Below, piece after piece: positions 11,956 to 27,525 of a stretch of DNA of 64,000 nt. Location: the NCBI GenBank assembly GCA_951406725.2, contig OX597821.1, positions 85,064,001 to 85,128,000 on the forward strand, given 5' to 3'. The notes beneath the pieces were generated by a model. That model searched no databases, was not told the DNA's origin, and saw only the letters and a program-made list of their open reading frames with translations. How positions within the stretch are numbered: the first letter of the stretch is position 1; each line of letters begins with the position of its first letter. The translations under genes and the position numbers were made by a program. The DNA is from Octopus vulgaris (Eukaryota).

Positions 11956-12121
11956 GAGACGATTTATGTAAGTGCAAGCTAACACTGAACTGAAGAGTAA
12001 CTCAAAACCTTTTGGTCGTGTACACATTTATCAAGTTTTTACTAGGGAAAGGATGACAGTGACTTCAAAGTTTCGGCTTATCAGGCCTCGTCTGGTAGTC
12101 ATCAAATACACACACACACAC

Positions 12122-12287
12122 AGGCGCAGGAGTGGCTGCGTGGTAAGAAGCTTCTTTCCGAAACTCATGGTTCCGGGTTCAGTCCCATTGCGTGGCACCT
12201 TTGGCAAGTGTCTTCTACTATAGCTTCTGGCCGACCAAAGCCTTGTGAGTGGATTTGGTAGAAGGAAACCGAAAGCCCGTCGTATAC

Positions 12288-12320
<33 letters not shown>

Positions 12321-12990
12321 TGTATGTATGTATGTATGTATGTATGTATGTATGTATGTACGTACGTATGTGTGTATGTATTTATGTGTCTGTGTTTGTT
12401 CCCCCACTGTCGCTTGACAACCGATGTTGGCGTGTTTACTTCCCCGTAACTTAGCGGTTCGGCAAAAGACACCGATAAAATAAGTGCTGGGCTTACAAAG
12501 AATAAGTCCCGGCGTCGATTTGTTCGACTAAAGACGGTACTCCAGCATGCCCACTGTCAAATGACTGAAACCAACAAAGAGTGGCTGTGTGGTAAGTAGC
12601 TTGCTAACCAGCCACATGGTTCCGGGTTCAATCCCACTGCGTGGCATCTTGGGCAAGTGTCTTCTGCTACAGCCCCGGGCCGACCAACGCCTTGTGAGTG
12701 GATTTGGTAGACGGAAACTGAAAGAAGCCTGTCGTATATATGTATATATATATATGTATGTGTGTGTGTTTGTGTGTCTGTGTTTGTTCCCTTAGCATTG
12801 CTTGACAACTGATGCTGGTGTGTTTACGTCCCCGTCACTTAGCGGTTCGGCAAAAGAGACCGATAGAATAAGTACTGGGTTTACAAAACGAATAAGTCCC
12901 GGGGTCGAGTTGCTCGACTAAAGGCGGTGCTCCAGCATGGCCGCAGTCAAATGACTGAAACAAGTAAAAGTGTAAAAGAGTAAGAGTAAA
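12122..12990 (+). mobile_element. Two tandem SINE family A copies (12122-12575, 12578-12990)
   Basis: Both have head, internal microsatellite and tail. Confidence 0.9.
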
Positions 12991-13373
12991 GAAGAGTAGC
13001 TAGTGAGAGAGAAGGGAGGAGTAGGAGGAGATAATGTATGTGCAAGCCTTTATGTATGTTTATAACTTACGCCGATGCATATCTCTTGAAAAAAAATGTC
13101 AGCCTCGGCGTCAACAAACGATAAAAAAAAACAAATACGTTGTGGTATTTAGCATGCAACAAATTGCATAGACACTCTTTTGTCGCTCTTTACCGTCAGA
13201 GGAAAAATGGAGTAAAGCTGGAAAGGAAACCTATAAAACTGACGATCGAACGTCGTTGTTCTCAAGCGGCGGTGTGACACAAACTGTATAAATAAACGAA
13301 TAAGCAAATAATTAGCCGTAAAGAGCGTACAGGTATATGGGAAATTCCAACAAGTCACTCTACCACCTGCAAT

Positions 13374-13374
<1 letters not shown>

Positions 13375-13457
<83 letters not shown>

Positions 13458-13876
13458 GGATTAAGTGTAAATCGTTGACATATTTCTGTTGAGCAGAAGT
13501 GTTTCATTCATAATCTCCAGACTGATATATATATATATATATTTTTTTTTTTATTCATTCATTTCAATGACATACTCACCCACCCGCTTCTTCTCACATT
13601 CTCATTCTCATTCTCTCTCTCTCTCTCTCGCCACTTCTTTCTTTCGCTCATTCTCTTTATGTACATACATCAAACATACACACACGCACACACACACACA
13701 TACACACACACACATCTGTACCTGTTACTTACTTGTCTTCCGAGTACACATACACACATATATACAAATATATATATATATACACATATACATATATATA
13801 TAAACTTACATATATATAATATATTTATACATACATATATATATACATATCTATATATATACACACATATATACAA

Positions 13877-13911
<35 letters not shown>

Positions 13912-14167
13912 TTTATATATATGTATACATATGTATATATATACACATATATATACTCATATATACATAAATATATATATGTATATATATACACATATGT
14001 ATTCATATATATACATATATATACATATATATATATGTATATATACACACATATATATACGTATATATATTTGTATATATATACACATATGTATTCATAT
14101 ATCTACATATATATACATATATATATATATTTGTATATATACATACATATATATATATACATACATA

Positions 14168-14231
<64 letters not shown>

Positions 14232-14515
14232 CATCATATATACATATGTATACATATATATATATACACACACACACACAAAACACGCACAAATCTGTAC
14301 CTGTTTCTCACCTGACTTCCATATGTATACACAAATATAAAAAATGTAAAAGAGAGGGGGAAAAGAGAGAAGTAGACATACATACACACGCACACACACA
14401 TACATACATACATACATACATACATACCTACATACATACATACCTACATACATACATACATATATACATACCTACATATATACATACATATATACATACA
14501 TACAGATATACATAC

Positions 14516-14564
<49 letters not shown>

Positions 14565-14600
14565 GTGCGCACACATAAATACCCACGCGCACATATACAC
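13375..14600. repeat. (CTA)n plus a long compound (TA)/(CA)/(TACA) microsatellite block
   Basis: Direct inspection. Confidence 0.9.
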
Positions 14601-15378
14601 AAAATTAGACACTAAACTCTATATATATATAATCTAAATTTCCAGAAGACAACTTTTTTTGTTAATTAATATTTTTTTCTATTATTTTTTTTTTTATTAA
14701 CTCCCACAAACATTCTTGAAATATCAACGTGGACTAATTGGTCACCATGAACTTCGTTCTAGAAAATAGTTGGCCCAGTATATCGTGATTCATGACAGGC
14801 TTAGCGGCGTGGCGCAGTGCAGATCTTTTGTTTCGTGTCGAGAAATTCGGAAAGAAATTTCATACGGTTGTAGATTCCCTGTAGATTGTTATGAAGATAT
14901 GTTTGGGCATGTCAAACAATCTTTTATCTTCTATCATTTGTTTGTTTCAGTCAGTGGGCTGCCGCCATACTGGGACACCGCCTTCAACAGGTTTAATCGG
15001 AAGACACGATCCCTGGTACTTTTTTTTATATTTTTGTTTGTGTTTTTTTTCTTTTTATTTTATTTTTGTTTTCCCCTCGTTTAGTTCCGGGGAAGTAAAC
15101 AAAGCAACACAGGTTGTCAAGCGTCGGTAAGGGTCAAACACAAACACAGACATACACGCATAGACACACACACACACGTGCGCGCGTGAGCATCTATACA
15201 TATACATACATACATACACATACACACACACACATACACACACACACATATATACATATATTCACTGAATATATTGACTGAAGATTGAAGGCTTCGAATG
15301 TCCCGTCCGTGTTTTTTGTATCGTCTTCTAATTGTTTTACGTTCTTGTCCCAGTTTGTATTTTTCTACATATAATAAA

Positions 15379-15431
<53 letters not shown>

Positions 15432-15499
15432 AATATATACATATATATGTATATATATATATATGTATATACACACAAATACATATATATATATATTCT

Positions 15500-18400
15500 T
15501 TTATTCATTTTTCTCTAATCGGTTTCACTCAAAGCTGCAGACATGCTGGGGCACCGCCGTTTTGCTACACTGTTATTATGGAGAGCATCTGATATGTGGC
15601 ATTTGGTAAATAAAAGAGTTTGATGTCGATGTCCTCATTTGCGCCTTCTGTCGCGAGGTAGGTTTATCTGGGACTTTTGACAAGAAGAGATCCAATTTTG
15701 TTTTGAAAACACCAACATCCATTTTGTGTAGGCTCCTCAGGCTTTTTGGGAGAATATCAAAAAGCTGAGAGTCCTTGAAACGCAGGCTGTTGCAGTAACT
15801 GGTCCTGAAGCGCGACGGCAGCGTTGGGATCTTTGGTGCTGCGCAGTGGTGTCCCGTTCTAGCATTTGTGTAGCTTTCAATACCAAAATTTGGTACAATC
15901 CCTTCCAGGGCCTCCCAGATGTACATTACTGCATATCTCTCCCGCCTTCGTTCCAGGGAGTAGAGTCTTAGCTGTTTCAGCCTTTCCTTGTAGCTGAGCT
16001 ATTGCAATGAGACAATCTTCCTTGTGAAGCTTCGCTGGATTGCTTCAAGGTCTGCTGTTAATTTTACACTGTTGGGTGACCATAACTGGGAGCAGTAATC
16101 TAGGTGGGTGAGGACGAATGCCCTCGAGAGGACCATTATGTTTTCTTTCTCACTGGTTCTGCACGTTCTCAGGATCCATCCAACCAGTCGTCTGCACTTT
16201 GTGGCCATCCTGGTAATGTGCACTTGGAAAGAGGTATCATCACTCATGTCGATACCCATGGCACGCACTGATTTAGATTCTGGGATTGTAATCCCCACTG
16301 GGCCAGTGCATCCTGTAAGTTTTCGTTCAATTTTGGGTGTTGGTAGCACAGGGCCTGGAATTTTCCAGCATTAAACTGCATAGTATTGTCCTCAGCCCAT
16401 CTGTAAATTGTGTGCAATATCGCTAAGGTTTTGTATTTTCTGCAAGACTTTCATATCATCTGCGTAGCTACCAAGGGTGGCTATCCGGGCAGCTGAAGGC
16501 ATATCTAAGAGGGCCGTTATGAAAAGCAGTGGTCTCAAGACAGTGCCCTGTGGAACACCACTCACTATTTGTGTTTCCTTTGAGGTGGATCCATTGGTCA
16601 CCACTGCCTGACTTCTATATTTCCGAAAATCATGTAACCATTCTCCAAGTTTTCCAGCTATGCCAAGACCGCGCAATTTGTGGCATATCATATCATGATC
16701 AACTTTATTAAAAGCTTTCGTAAAGTCCAGGTATATTACGTCCACACTTGAGTAGTCAAGTAACTGCTTCAACACCAAGTCATAGCGTGCTGTTGGAGCT
16801 GGGTCAGGCAGCTTCTACCTGGTCAAAAACCATGCTGGATATCACTCAGCCAGTCGTTTTTTTTTTCAAGGAATGTCATTAGTTTCCTCTGACTATTCGT
16901 TCCCTGACTTTGCTGATGTGTGAAGTTAGAGAGATAGGCCTGTAATTTTTGGCATCTGCTATGGTTCCTTCTTTACAGATTGAACATATTATTCCCTTTC
17001 AGTTTGCTTCGCAGTTTGCCATTTGCCAGAAAACTCTGGAAGGGAATTTGTAGTAGTTTTGCCAGGGCACGTTTGCACGATTTGAGGAAGATTGCTTAAA
17101 AGCATCAGGGCCACCAGCTGAGTTTGTCTCCACCTCATCTATGGTTAGTATTATATCTTCTTCCCCAATATCGATGTAATCTATCGTCTCCCTGGTTTTA
17201 GGGAAGGCGCCAAAAAATCCACTGGTTCGTTCACTTGTCTGTGTTCCAACGGGGTAATAACGACACTTTTGAACTGGCCATTCAGTGTTTCACTAATTCT
17301 GGTTGGGTTATCTGTGCAGCGTACTGAGGTCATTTCTTTGGCCTTTGGGCTTGACTTTATGTGTTTTATAACCCTAGCTTCTTTGTCTGCTCTCTTCTTC
17401 ACATAGGGTTGTTGCAGGCTTCTTTTCAATCTCCGTCAGTGTTGTTTTTAGGGGGACCTTTCACTACTTTTAGGATGTTAGTTGAAGTGATTTGCAATCT
17501 TCGTCCTTCGTCTAATAAGGATCTTCTTCTCCCTTGGAATTTCGTTCCTTTTTGTGTTGACCTTGTTCCCTGGGCCATATTTGTGGCATTTGGCTTGCAT
17601 AACAGATATGAAATACTCTAGTTTCATGCTGATGTCAGGTGTGCACTAGTGTAGCAGGGGATCATTTTGGGGTCTGCTGTAGGCAACGTGTGTTTTTTGT
17701 GGGGTCCGGGACGGAAAACGGAAGGGCCGCCCCGGGCGGCACACTCTAGCTACGCTAGTGCTGGTGTGGAGAAACATTTCGGTCAGTCTTGTCTGAGGAT
17801 CTCTTTTTGGATCGAATTCCAATCCGCTTTGTGGAAGTTCAGACTGGAGAGATTTCGGGTGCTTCCTTTAGGCTGTATGTCTCTGGATACTTTTGGTCCA
17901 TACATAGATTGCTTTATTATGTTGTGATCCGAAACTAATGTCGGCGTCACTTTCACATTATGAACGATGTCCATATTGTTTGTGAAGCAGAGATCCAATA
18001 TGTTATTTGCCCTGGTTGGTCGAAGCACATTTTGTTCCATGAATAGGGCATTGGTGAAGTTGAGCAGGGACTCCACCTGCACTTGTTTGCAATGAGCCAT
18101 TCCTGAGAGCATGAGGCCTTCGGGCCATTTGGCACAGGGGAAGTTGAAATCACCCATATGAATTACACTTACGTGATGTTCCTTTTCATGAGGGTTTTTT
18201 TATATTCTTGTGAGGCAATCTTCAAACTTGCCCGTGTGGTTTGGAACATCCGGCGGGCGATATGTATTGCACGTGACTATATTATGTTGACTTATGTATA
18301 CAACTTGAGTGTCACATCCTGAATTTGAACATGACATTAGGACCTGTGGCGTGAGGTCCTCACGGATGTATGCAGCAACCCCAACATGGCTCCTTTCCCT

Positions 18401-18960
18401 TCTGTTCGTTCGCAGTATGGTATGTTTTGGTATGTGTACTTCTGCATCCTCTATATCAGGCCTAAGATGAGTTTCCATGGATGCTATGCATAGGGCTTGA
18501 TTGCATGCAGCAAGGTTTCTCGGGATAAAGACTTTGATTTTGTTTTTGTGAAGTAACAGGCCTCCAATATTTAGTAAAAATGTTGGCGTGACGACTGTGC
18601 CGGTATTAGTGAAGGTCATCCCGTGTCTGCTGATGGTGGCAGTCTTGTGCAGTGGTGGGCAAGGTTCAGCATTTGCGCTTGATGCAGCCAGGTCAGCTGC
18701 TGCATAATCTTTTGCGCCATGCTCAAAAAAGACTCTTGCTCAGCCTCTGTCTTTCGCATAACATCTGAAGAGCGCACGGCATCTATATCACTTCCTATCC
18801 TCTTGGAAAGATTTCTCCTTTAGGGCCCTGCAGTTTTGGCGGGGTCTTAGGTGAGCAAACCGGCAATCTATACCGTCTTCCCCATGCCAATATTTGCCTT
18901 GCAGGTAAAACTTGCACCTCCTTCTCGTCTTTACTCCAGATTATCTTTGCAAAATCGGCT
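15500..18960 (-). mobile_element. Near-full-length decayed CR1/L2-group LINE: ORF1 remnant, APE endonuclease, reverse transcriptase, C-terminal domain, 3' UTR
   Basis: APE motifs ETHL, YRPPD, MGDFNFP, NILDLCFTN, SDHN; RT motifs YLDFTKAFNKVDH, GVPQGTVL, YADD; C-terminal HLDYCSQLWSP and FKTKLDLFLSKVPD; degenerate CCCH CKFYLQGKYWHGEDGIDCRFAH near 18850-18916. Multiple stops and frameshifts. Confidence 0.95.
17644..17760. mobile_element. hAT-like MITE inserted in the LINE
   Basis: TIR CACTAGTGTAGC / GCTACGCTAGTG; 8-bp TSD CAGGTGTG / CTGGTGTG; a related copy at 63800-63922. Confidence 0.7.
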
Positions 18961-19759
18961 GGTTATACTCGAGATTGCTCCAATCTGGCCAGCCCCGAGG
19001 AAAAACTAAGCTAAGGGCATTAGATTCCTTGGAAGAAAGCAGCGAATATATACGAAAACAAGGACGGAAATAATGGAGAAAGTTACACAAATACAAATAG
19101 ATATATAATAAATATATATATATACGGTCTTCTTTCAGTTTTCACCTTTCAAATCCTCTCTCAAGTCTTTGTTGACCCGGATATATAGTTGAAGACATTT
19201 TGCCAAGGTGTCACACATTGAAATTGAAACCGGAACCATGTGGTCGAGAAGCTAGCGTCTTATTACTCAGTCACGTTAGGTTACTACTTAGACATTTTTA
19301 ATCTTTTATTCTTTTAATCCGACTTTCAAGGGTTTTTCTTTATTCATTCATTTATTTACTTATTCATTTATTTGTTTAGTTTCATATTTTAACCAGTTAT
19401 ACAGAGAGAACGGCCTCAGCCCTTTGTGTTTGTAAGGGTTTTATCAGCCTCGAAAGGGTGTAAAGCAAAGTGTTGCTAGCAGAAACCAAATGCAACAATG
19501 TTATTCAACGCTCTCCCTGACTAATATGTATCATCTCTCTCTCTCCCTCCCTCTGTCTCTCTCTCCTTTCTCTCTCGCTCTCTATCTCTTTCTCTCACTC
19601 GCTCTCTATCTCTATCTGTCTTTCTAACTCTTTCTCCCTCTCTTTCTGCCTTTCTACCTGCCACTCATCTATCGAGTGTGTGCGTATAGGTGTAAGAAAT
19701 TAAGTAATAATACATTACGGAGGATAAATTATAAGCAATTAATAATTATTTATGAATAT

Positions 19760-20160
19760 GAAGGCGGCGAGCTGGCAGAAACGTTAGCACACCGGGCGGA
19801 ATGCGTAGCCGTATTTTGTCTGCCGTTACGTTCTGAGTTCAAATTCCGCCGAGGTCGACTTTGCCTTTCATCCATTCGGGGTCGATAAATTAAGTACCAG
19901 TTACGCACTGGGATCGATATAACCGCCTTAATCCGTTTGTCCGTCCTTGTTTGTCCTCTCTGTGTTTAGCCCCTTGTGGGTAGTAAAGAAATAGGTATTT
20001 CGTCTGCCGCTACGTTCTGAGTTCAAATTCCGCTGAGGTCGACTTTGCCGTTCATCCTATCGGGGTCGATAAATTAAGTACCAGCTGTGTTCTGCAATCG
20101 ATCTAATGGACTGGCCCCCTTCCCAAAATATTTTGGGTCTTGTGCCTAGAATAGAAAAGA
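19760..20160 (+). mobile_element. tRNA-derived SINE family B (dimeric body)
   Basis: GGCGGCGAGCTGGCAGAAACGTTAG...GAGTTCAAATTCCGCCGAGGTCGACTTTGCCTTTCATCC..GGGGTCGATAAATTAAGTACCAG, with the body repeated twice. Confidence 0.9.
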
Positions 20161-20413
20161 ATTATTTATGAATATATCAATGGCCAAACATGTTATCATA
20201 AAATACATAGAAGAAGAATGTTTATAATTATGAACAAGTCACAGTTATAATTAAGAAGGTTTCAAAACCCTTACATGTTTAGAAATAGCAGTCAAAATCC
20301 CATAAAGCCATTTTTATCAATCATATTTCTCTTCATGATAAAAGCTGTCTGCGGGTGACATGACACATACAATCCACAACTTAAAAATAACTGGTTAATT
20401 CCCGATTGCATAT

Positions 20414-21322
20414 CTATAAAATTTCTTGCTCCGTGCCTTTGTTAGAAATTCTTAAAAGTACTGTTATTTAGTGCGAGCAAGAGAAAAAAAATGGTGTTCA
20501 GAGAACCTCTGCAGGCTTTCTCAAAGTGTGAATGTAGATGATGTCTTTTTTTCAACTTCTGTGGTTACTTGTAGAGGTTACCATTCTAGAGGGAAATGAT
20601 TGGATAAAATAGTTAGCATAAGGTTTGAGTTGTAAGACATGCTAAAGATGATGATGTGGGCTCACTTTGTTATAGTATAAATGTTCCTTCTCGAGCAATG
20701 CCTGGCTCATAAGAGCCGGTTTCCCGGTTTCAGTGGCGTAGAAATTCCTCACCTGGACGGGATGCCAGTCCGTCGCAGGATTACTCATTTTCGCCAGCTG
20801 AGTGGGCTGGAGCAACCTGAAATGAAATGCTTTGCTCAAGAACACAACGCATTGCCCGATCCAGCCTGCAAAGACCATAGGCACAGCTCTTGTCTTTCGT
20901 CTCAGAAGGAATGCAAAAGCCAAGGATACAGCCCCTTCGTCCAGCCAAATTGTTAAAATATAACAGAGAAAAACCTAAAAAACTAAAAGACTAAAAAACA
21001 TCAGCTTCTGCTATTCCTGTGAATTAATAAACTGTATACTATATCAAACTGAGCCCACATCATCATCATTAACATGTCTCACAGCTCAAACCTTATGCTA
21101 AATATTTTATCCAATCATTTCTCTCTAGAATGGCAACCTCTACAAGGAATCCCTTTTTCTTCAGATATTAATTTACAGAAGTTGAAAAAAAACATCTACA
21201 TTCACATTAACAGTTTGAAAAAACCTGCAGAGGTTCTCTGAACACCCTTCTTTTTCTTGCTCGCACTAAATAATAGTACTTTCAAGAATTCCTAACAAAG
21301 GGACAAAGCAAGAAATTTTATA
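20414..21322. mobile_element. Foldback element with ~270-bp imperfect inverted arms (20414-20680 / 21035-21322) enclosing a SINE fragment
   Basis: Arms are reverse complements, e.g. GGTGTTCAGAGAACCTCTGCAGG / CCTGCAGAGGTTCTCTGAACACC. Confidence 0.8.
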
Positions 21323-21624
21323 GGAGGACACAATTAGTCAACTTTATTGACCCAGTACTTATCTAGTATTTTATTTTATTGCCCTCAGAAACATAGAAAT
21401 CTGAAGTAAAGTGTGTTGACACTGCTAACCCTTTCATGACTTAATTTCTGATAGGTAATCTATTTCAATTAATCTTTAATGCCACTTTAGAATACAGTAT
21501 ACGTGGTCATTTACATTGAAGCATGCTAACCCTAACTCGAAACCATACCTCTAACCCAAACCTAACCCATAACAAGGCATGTGTACAATGTAAACAAAAG
21601 TTAAAAAAACAATGCAAATGGATA

Positions 21625-21900
21625 AAGATTAAATCAATTTTAATGCGGATTATTAAACTTTGAAATGCACTGTAAGATTTCATGGCAGTACATACACAGC
21701 TCGGGCAGAGGTGCATATAAAAAAATAACCAGGCAAGTGTAACTCATACAAAAGCAAAGACAGATTGAAAAATACAAGCAGAGATTAAATCAATTTTAAT
21801 GCAGGATATTAAACTTTGAAGTGCACTGTCAGATTTCATGGCAGTACATACATAGTTCGGGCAGAAGTGCAAATAAAAAAATAACTAGGCAGGTGTTTCA
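21625..21900 (+). repeat. ~156-bp tandem duplication preceding the minisatellite
   Basis: AGATTAAATCAATTTTAATGC...GGCAGTACATAC..GGGCAGA occurs at ~21625 and ~21782. Confidence 0.8.
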
Positions 21901-22201
21901 CATGCAAATTAACGCAGGTAAGTAAACAAAAGTTGATTAAATAAATCATGAAATTAACGCAGGTAAGTAAACAAAAGTTGATGAAATAAATCATGAAATT
22001 AACGCAGGTAAGTAAACAAAAGTTGATGAAATAAATCATGAAATTAACGCAGGTAAGTAAACAAAAGTTGATGAAATAAATCATGAAATTAACGCAGGTA
22101 AGTAAACAAAAGTTGATGAAATAAATCATGAAATTAACACAGGTAAGTAAACAAAAGTTGATGAAATAAATCATGAAATTAACGCAGGTAAGTAAACAAA
22201 A
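21901..22201 (+). repeat. 45-bp minisatellite, ~6.7 copies
   Basis: Unit CATGAAATTAACGCAGGTAAGTAAACAAAAGTTGATGAAATAAAT starting at 21901, 21947, 21992, 22037, 22082, 22127 and 22172. Confidence 0.95.
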
Positions 22202-22636
22202 ATAAAATAGAACAGAGTGGTGAAATTAATCACAGATACTAAGTAAAAATATCCAAAAACACAGCAGCCAAGCTAAAGAACCATTCGAATAAACCACAGG
22301 CGGTTGAAAAATGCATTTAGTAGAGATGACCCGGAAGTTGTTGCTCTTCTGCAAACAGCAGTACATTTCTTGAGCTAAATACACGTCATTGATTGTTTAA
22401 AATCACCCAAATACGACAACTTTAACACGAAATAACTTCTAAAATACAAAATTTTGTCATTAAACTTTAAGAGTAAACCATGTTCTACGTGAGAAATTCT
22501 ACCAGTATTCGAAGTTTCAAATTGTTTAGTTAAAATTAATTTTAAAAATCTGTGATTAAAGCTGAATAGATCCCAATTAATAATCATTTATGAATATGTG
22601 TGTGAGTGTGTTGTGTGTGTGTGTGTGTCTGTGTGT

Positions 22637-22714
<78 letters not shown>

Positions 22715-23546
22715 TGGATGAGACCGACCGCAGACCATCAAACAGTCACCATGACCTTCTTTTGGTGCAACTTTGGCATCAGGAAGTGCCGGTGGAGCTT
22801 CGTCGGCGCCCAACAACTGAGCTGAGCGTCGCCGGTTGTCGTAAAGAATCCACTTTTCATTGCAAGTCACAATCCGGTCGAGAAACGGGTCGTTCTTGTT
22901 GCGTAAAAGAAAGGAAGACGACACTTCAAAATGGCGCTTTTTTTTAAAAATTTTATTTTTATTTTATTTATTAATTTATTTAATTTTTTTGGTTGTCATT
23001 CAATTCGTGCGGCACCCATTTCTCAAGTATTGTTGTTTTCCCAATCTCTTTCAAGTGGTTGGAAATTGTCTTGTACGTTACGTCTAATTCAGAAACAAGC
23101 TTTCGAACAGTTGTGCGTTGGTTGGCTTCCACTAAGGTTCTTGGTTGATCGTTGTCAACATCCGATGGCCGACCACTACACTTATCATCTTCAGGACTCT
23201 CGTCACCACTACGAAAGTTCTTGAGCCACCATTGTGTTTTACGTTCATTAGTGGTTCCTGGGCCAAACGCATCGTTGATATCGCGAGCTGTTTCAGCAGG
23301 TTTTCGGCCTAGCTTGAACTGGAATAAGAAAATTGTGCGAATTTACTTTTTGTCCATGTTGTATTCAACATTCCGGTAAAAATGGCTTAATTATTCAAAA
23401 AGAAAAAGTGTGACATGATTAGATAGAACGAAAAATGGACTTTAAAATGATGTATAAAGTCAAAGTAATTTAACGAAAATTAATTTGAAAATACATCATT
23501 TAAAACCAAAATTTAAAATTCTGCAAGAACTTTCTTGACAACCTAA
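22715..23546 (-). mobile_element. Mariner transposon 5' half (decayed transposase, left TIR)
   Basis: DPFLDRIVTCNEKWILYDNRRRSAQ and KLHQKKVMVTVWWS motifs; TIR TTAGGTTGTCAAGAAAGTTCTTGCAG flanked by TA (23547-23548). Confidence 0.9.
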
Positions 23547-24076
23547 TACATCAATTGTGAAAAAAGCAAATTGTCTGCAAGAGAGTTCCAAAAAGTTGTC
23601 GATTTAACGTGTAAAAGAAAACTATTACAAGAAAAAGACTGCGTAATTAGGGGCTGGTGCACAATATAACGTTAGGAGTTGAGCGGTCATCTATTAAGAT
23701 TAGAAATAAGGGGGTTGATAGGGAGTTAATGAATTTTAAGGTGCAGGGAAAGGATACAGCTGAATTTTTGGCAAACGAGTAGGTTTTAGACAGACAGGCA
23801 AATAGATAGACAGATAGACATGCAAGCAAACAGTAGAGAGAGAAAGAGGAAGAAAAAGAGAGAGAGAAGGCAGAGAGACAGACAAACCGACAGACAGATA
23901 GAGAGAGAAAAAGGTAGATAGGTATGTATGTATGTATGTAGGTAGGTAGGTAGGTAGGTAGGTAGGTAGGTAGGTAGGCAGGCAGGCAGGTAGGTAGGCA
24001 TGCAGATAGGTCAGTAGAATTTAAGTGCGTGGGTTAAAAAGAGGCAAATACACACACACACACACACACACACGAG

Positions 24077-24514
24077 TGAACAGCACATGGAATCTACGTC
24101 CCCACACTTTCCATATGACAAAATATGAATTCATATCGGAATTTACATACCATGGACAAGAAGCATTTCTACCCATTCTACTCACCACTTTCCTTGGATA
24201 ATGGAACTGCAACTATAACATCTTACATAGAGTTTTATTTCTATATCTTTATTTCTATATCTTTATATTTCTATATCTTTATTTCTATTTCTATATACAT
24301 TCATTCTTATTTCCCTATATACTCCTTATTTGTTTCCTTTTCCAAAATAACTCCTCATATTGAACTCTAATATTTCCCTCTATTTAACCATCTCACATCG
24401 TCTCTGATGAAGGGGTATCCCTAATATCCCAGAAATAGCTGTAAGACTAACTTTCTCTTTATAAATGTCCTGAAAATTCCACACAGCCTTAGCTTTGTTA
24501 TCTCATTTTATTTA

Positions 24515-24515
<1 letters not shown>
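24077..24515 (+). mobile_element. Second copy of the hammerhead-bearing Penelope-like LTR (hammerhead 24400-24447)
   Basis: GTCT-CTGATGA-A-GGGGTAT/ATATCCC-A-GAAA-TAGCTG-TA-AGAC; flanked by (CA)n on both sides. Confidence 0.7.
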
Positions 24516-24604
<89 letters not shown>

Positions 24605-24658
24605 CACACATATATATATACATACATACATACACTCAAGCTTAACTACTTGCATGTA

Positions 24659-24696
<38 letters not shown>

Positions 24697-25139
24697 TGAC
24701 TGACTGACTGATAGACAGATATTTAGATGGGGTTGTCGACTAATTGGTCAATGGAGAAGTTTGTGAAAAAGTAAGCAAATATACATTCAGGTAAATAAAT
24801 ATTTATAAATATAGGAATGTTTGCATATATAAAATAGATTAAAACACACATAGCAATAAAAACATTTAAAAATTAACGCTGTACTATTTTTGTTTCCTAA
24901 GAGAAACTCCTCTATACAAATAAGGAAGAGAACTCAACAGGTGTGTTCAAATTATTGACATAAGAGTATTACATTACTTACAAAACCATCTCTGTATCAA
25001 TGCTAAATTATGAATTGAAATGGCGGCTATCTAAATGAATATTATATATTACGGACCAATAAAAACGAGCAAACAGCCGTGACTCAGCGAGATGAGCGAG
25101 AAAATATTTTTCGCCTCAAAATATGTAAATATTTATCTT

Positions 25140-27050
<1,911 letters not shown>

Positions 27051-27525
27051 AAAATGAATGGAGAAAGAGGTCAATATAGATTATAAACAACTTGTTAACA
27101 ATGAAAAAGGAAAAGAATATGAGGTGTGTGCAAAGTTTGTGTGCAGAGATGTCTTACTGCGTAGGAGTTCTTAGAGTGGGAATAAAGACAGAAATTGTCC
27201 AAATGAATGAATACTGTTCTAAAAAAGACCAATGTTTGATAGAAATCTGGCATTGTTTCAGTCGCAAAACCTTCAACAGCGTTCATATCATTAGAATCCT
27301 ATCAGACAAACACGTGCGTAAACTACTTTTTTTTATCGTCGTCGGAAGGCTGGGAGACAAATTTGAGTTAGGCGAGACGTGAAATTCGAATGTAGAGAAG
27401 CGTCACTAAATACCGTATGGCCATTTTTACCCTACTTCTGTTAATTTACTACCCTATCATGTCTCAAAATCAACGTGAATTGGCAGCATCCCTTGAGCGC
27501 TAGACAAATAGCTTTGCAGTACTTA

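Noticed and set aside
21527-21568. Interstitial telomere or chromosome-fusion scar
   Set aside because: Only a few degenerate CCCTAA units, as commonly found inside mobile elements.
21901-22201. CRISPR-like array or repeat protein (ORF 21836..22174)
   Set aside because: Units are contiguous with no unique spacers, there are no cas genes and the context is eukaryotic; the ORF is a by-product of a 45-bp unit.
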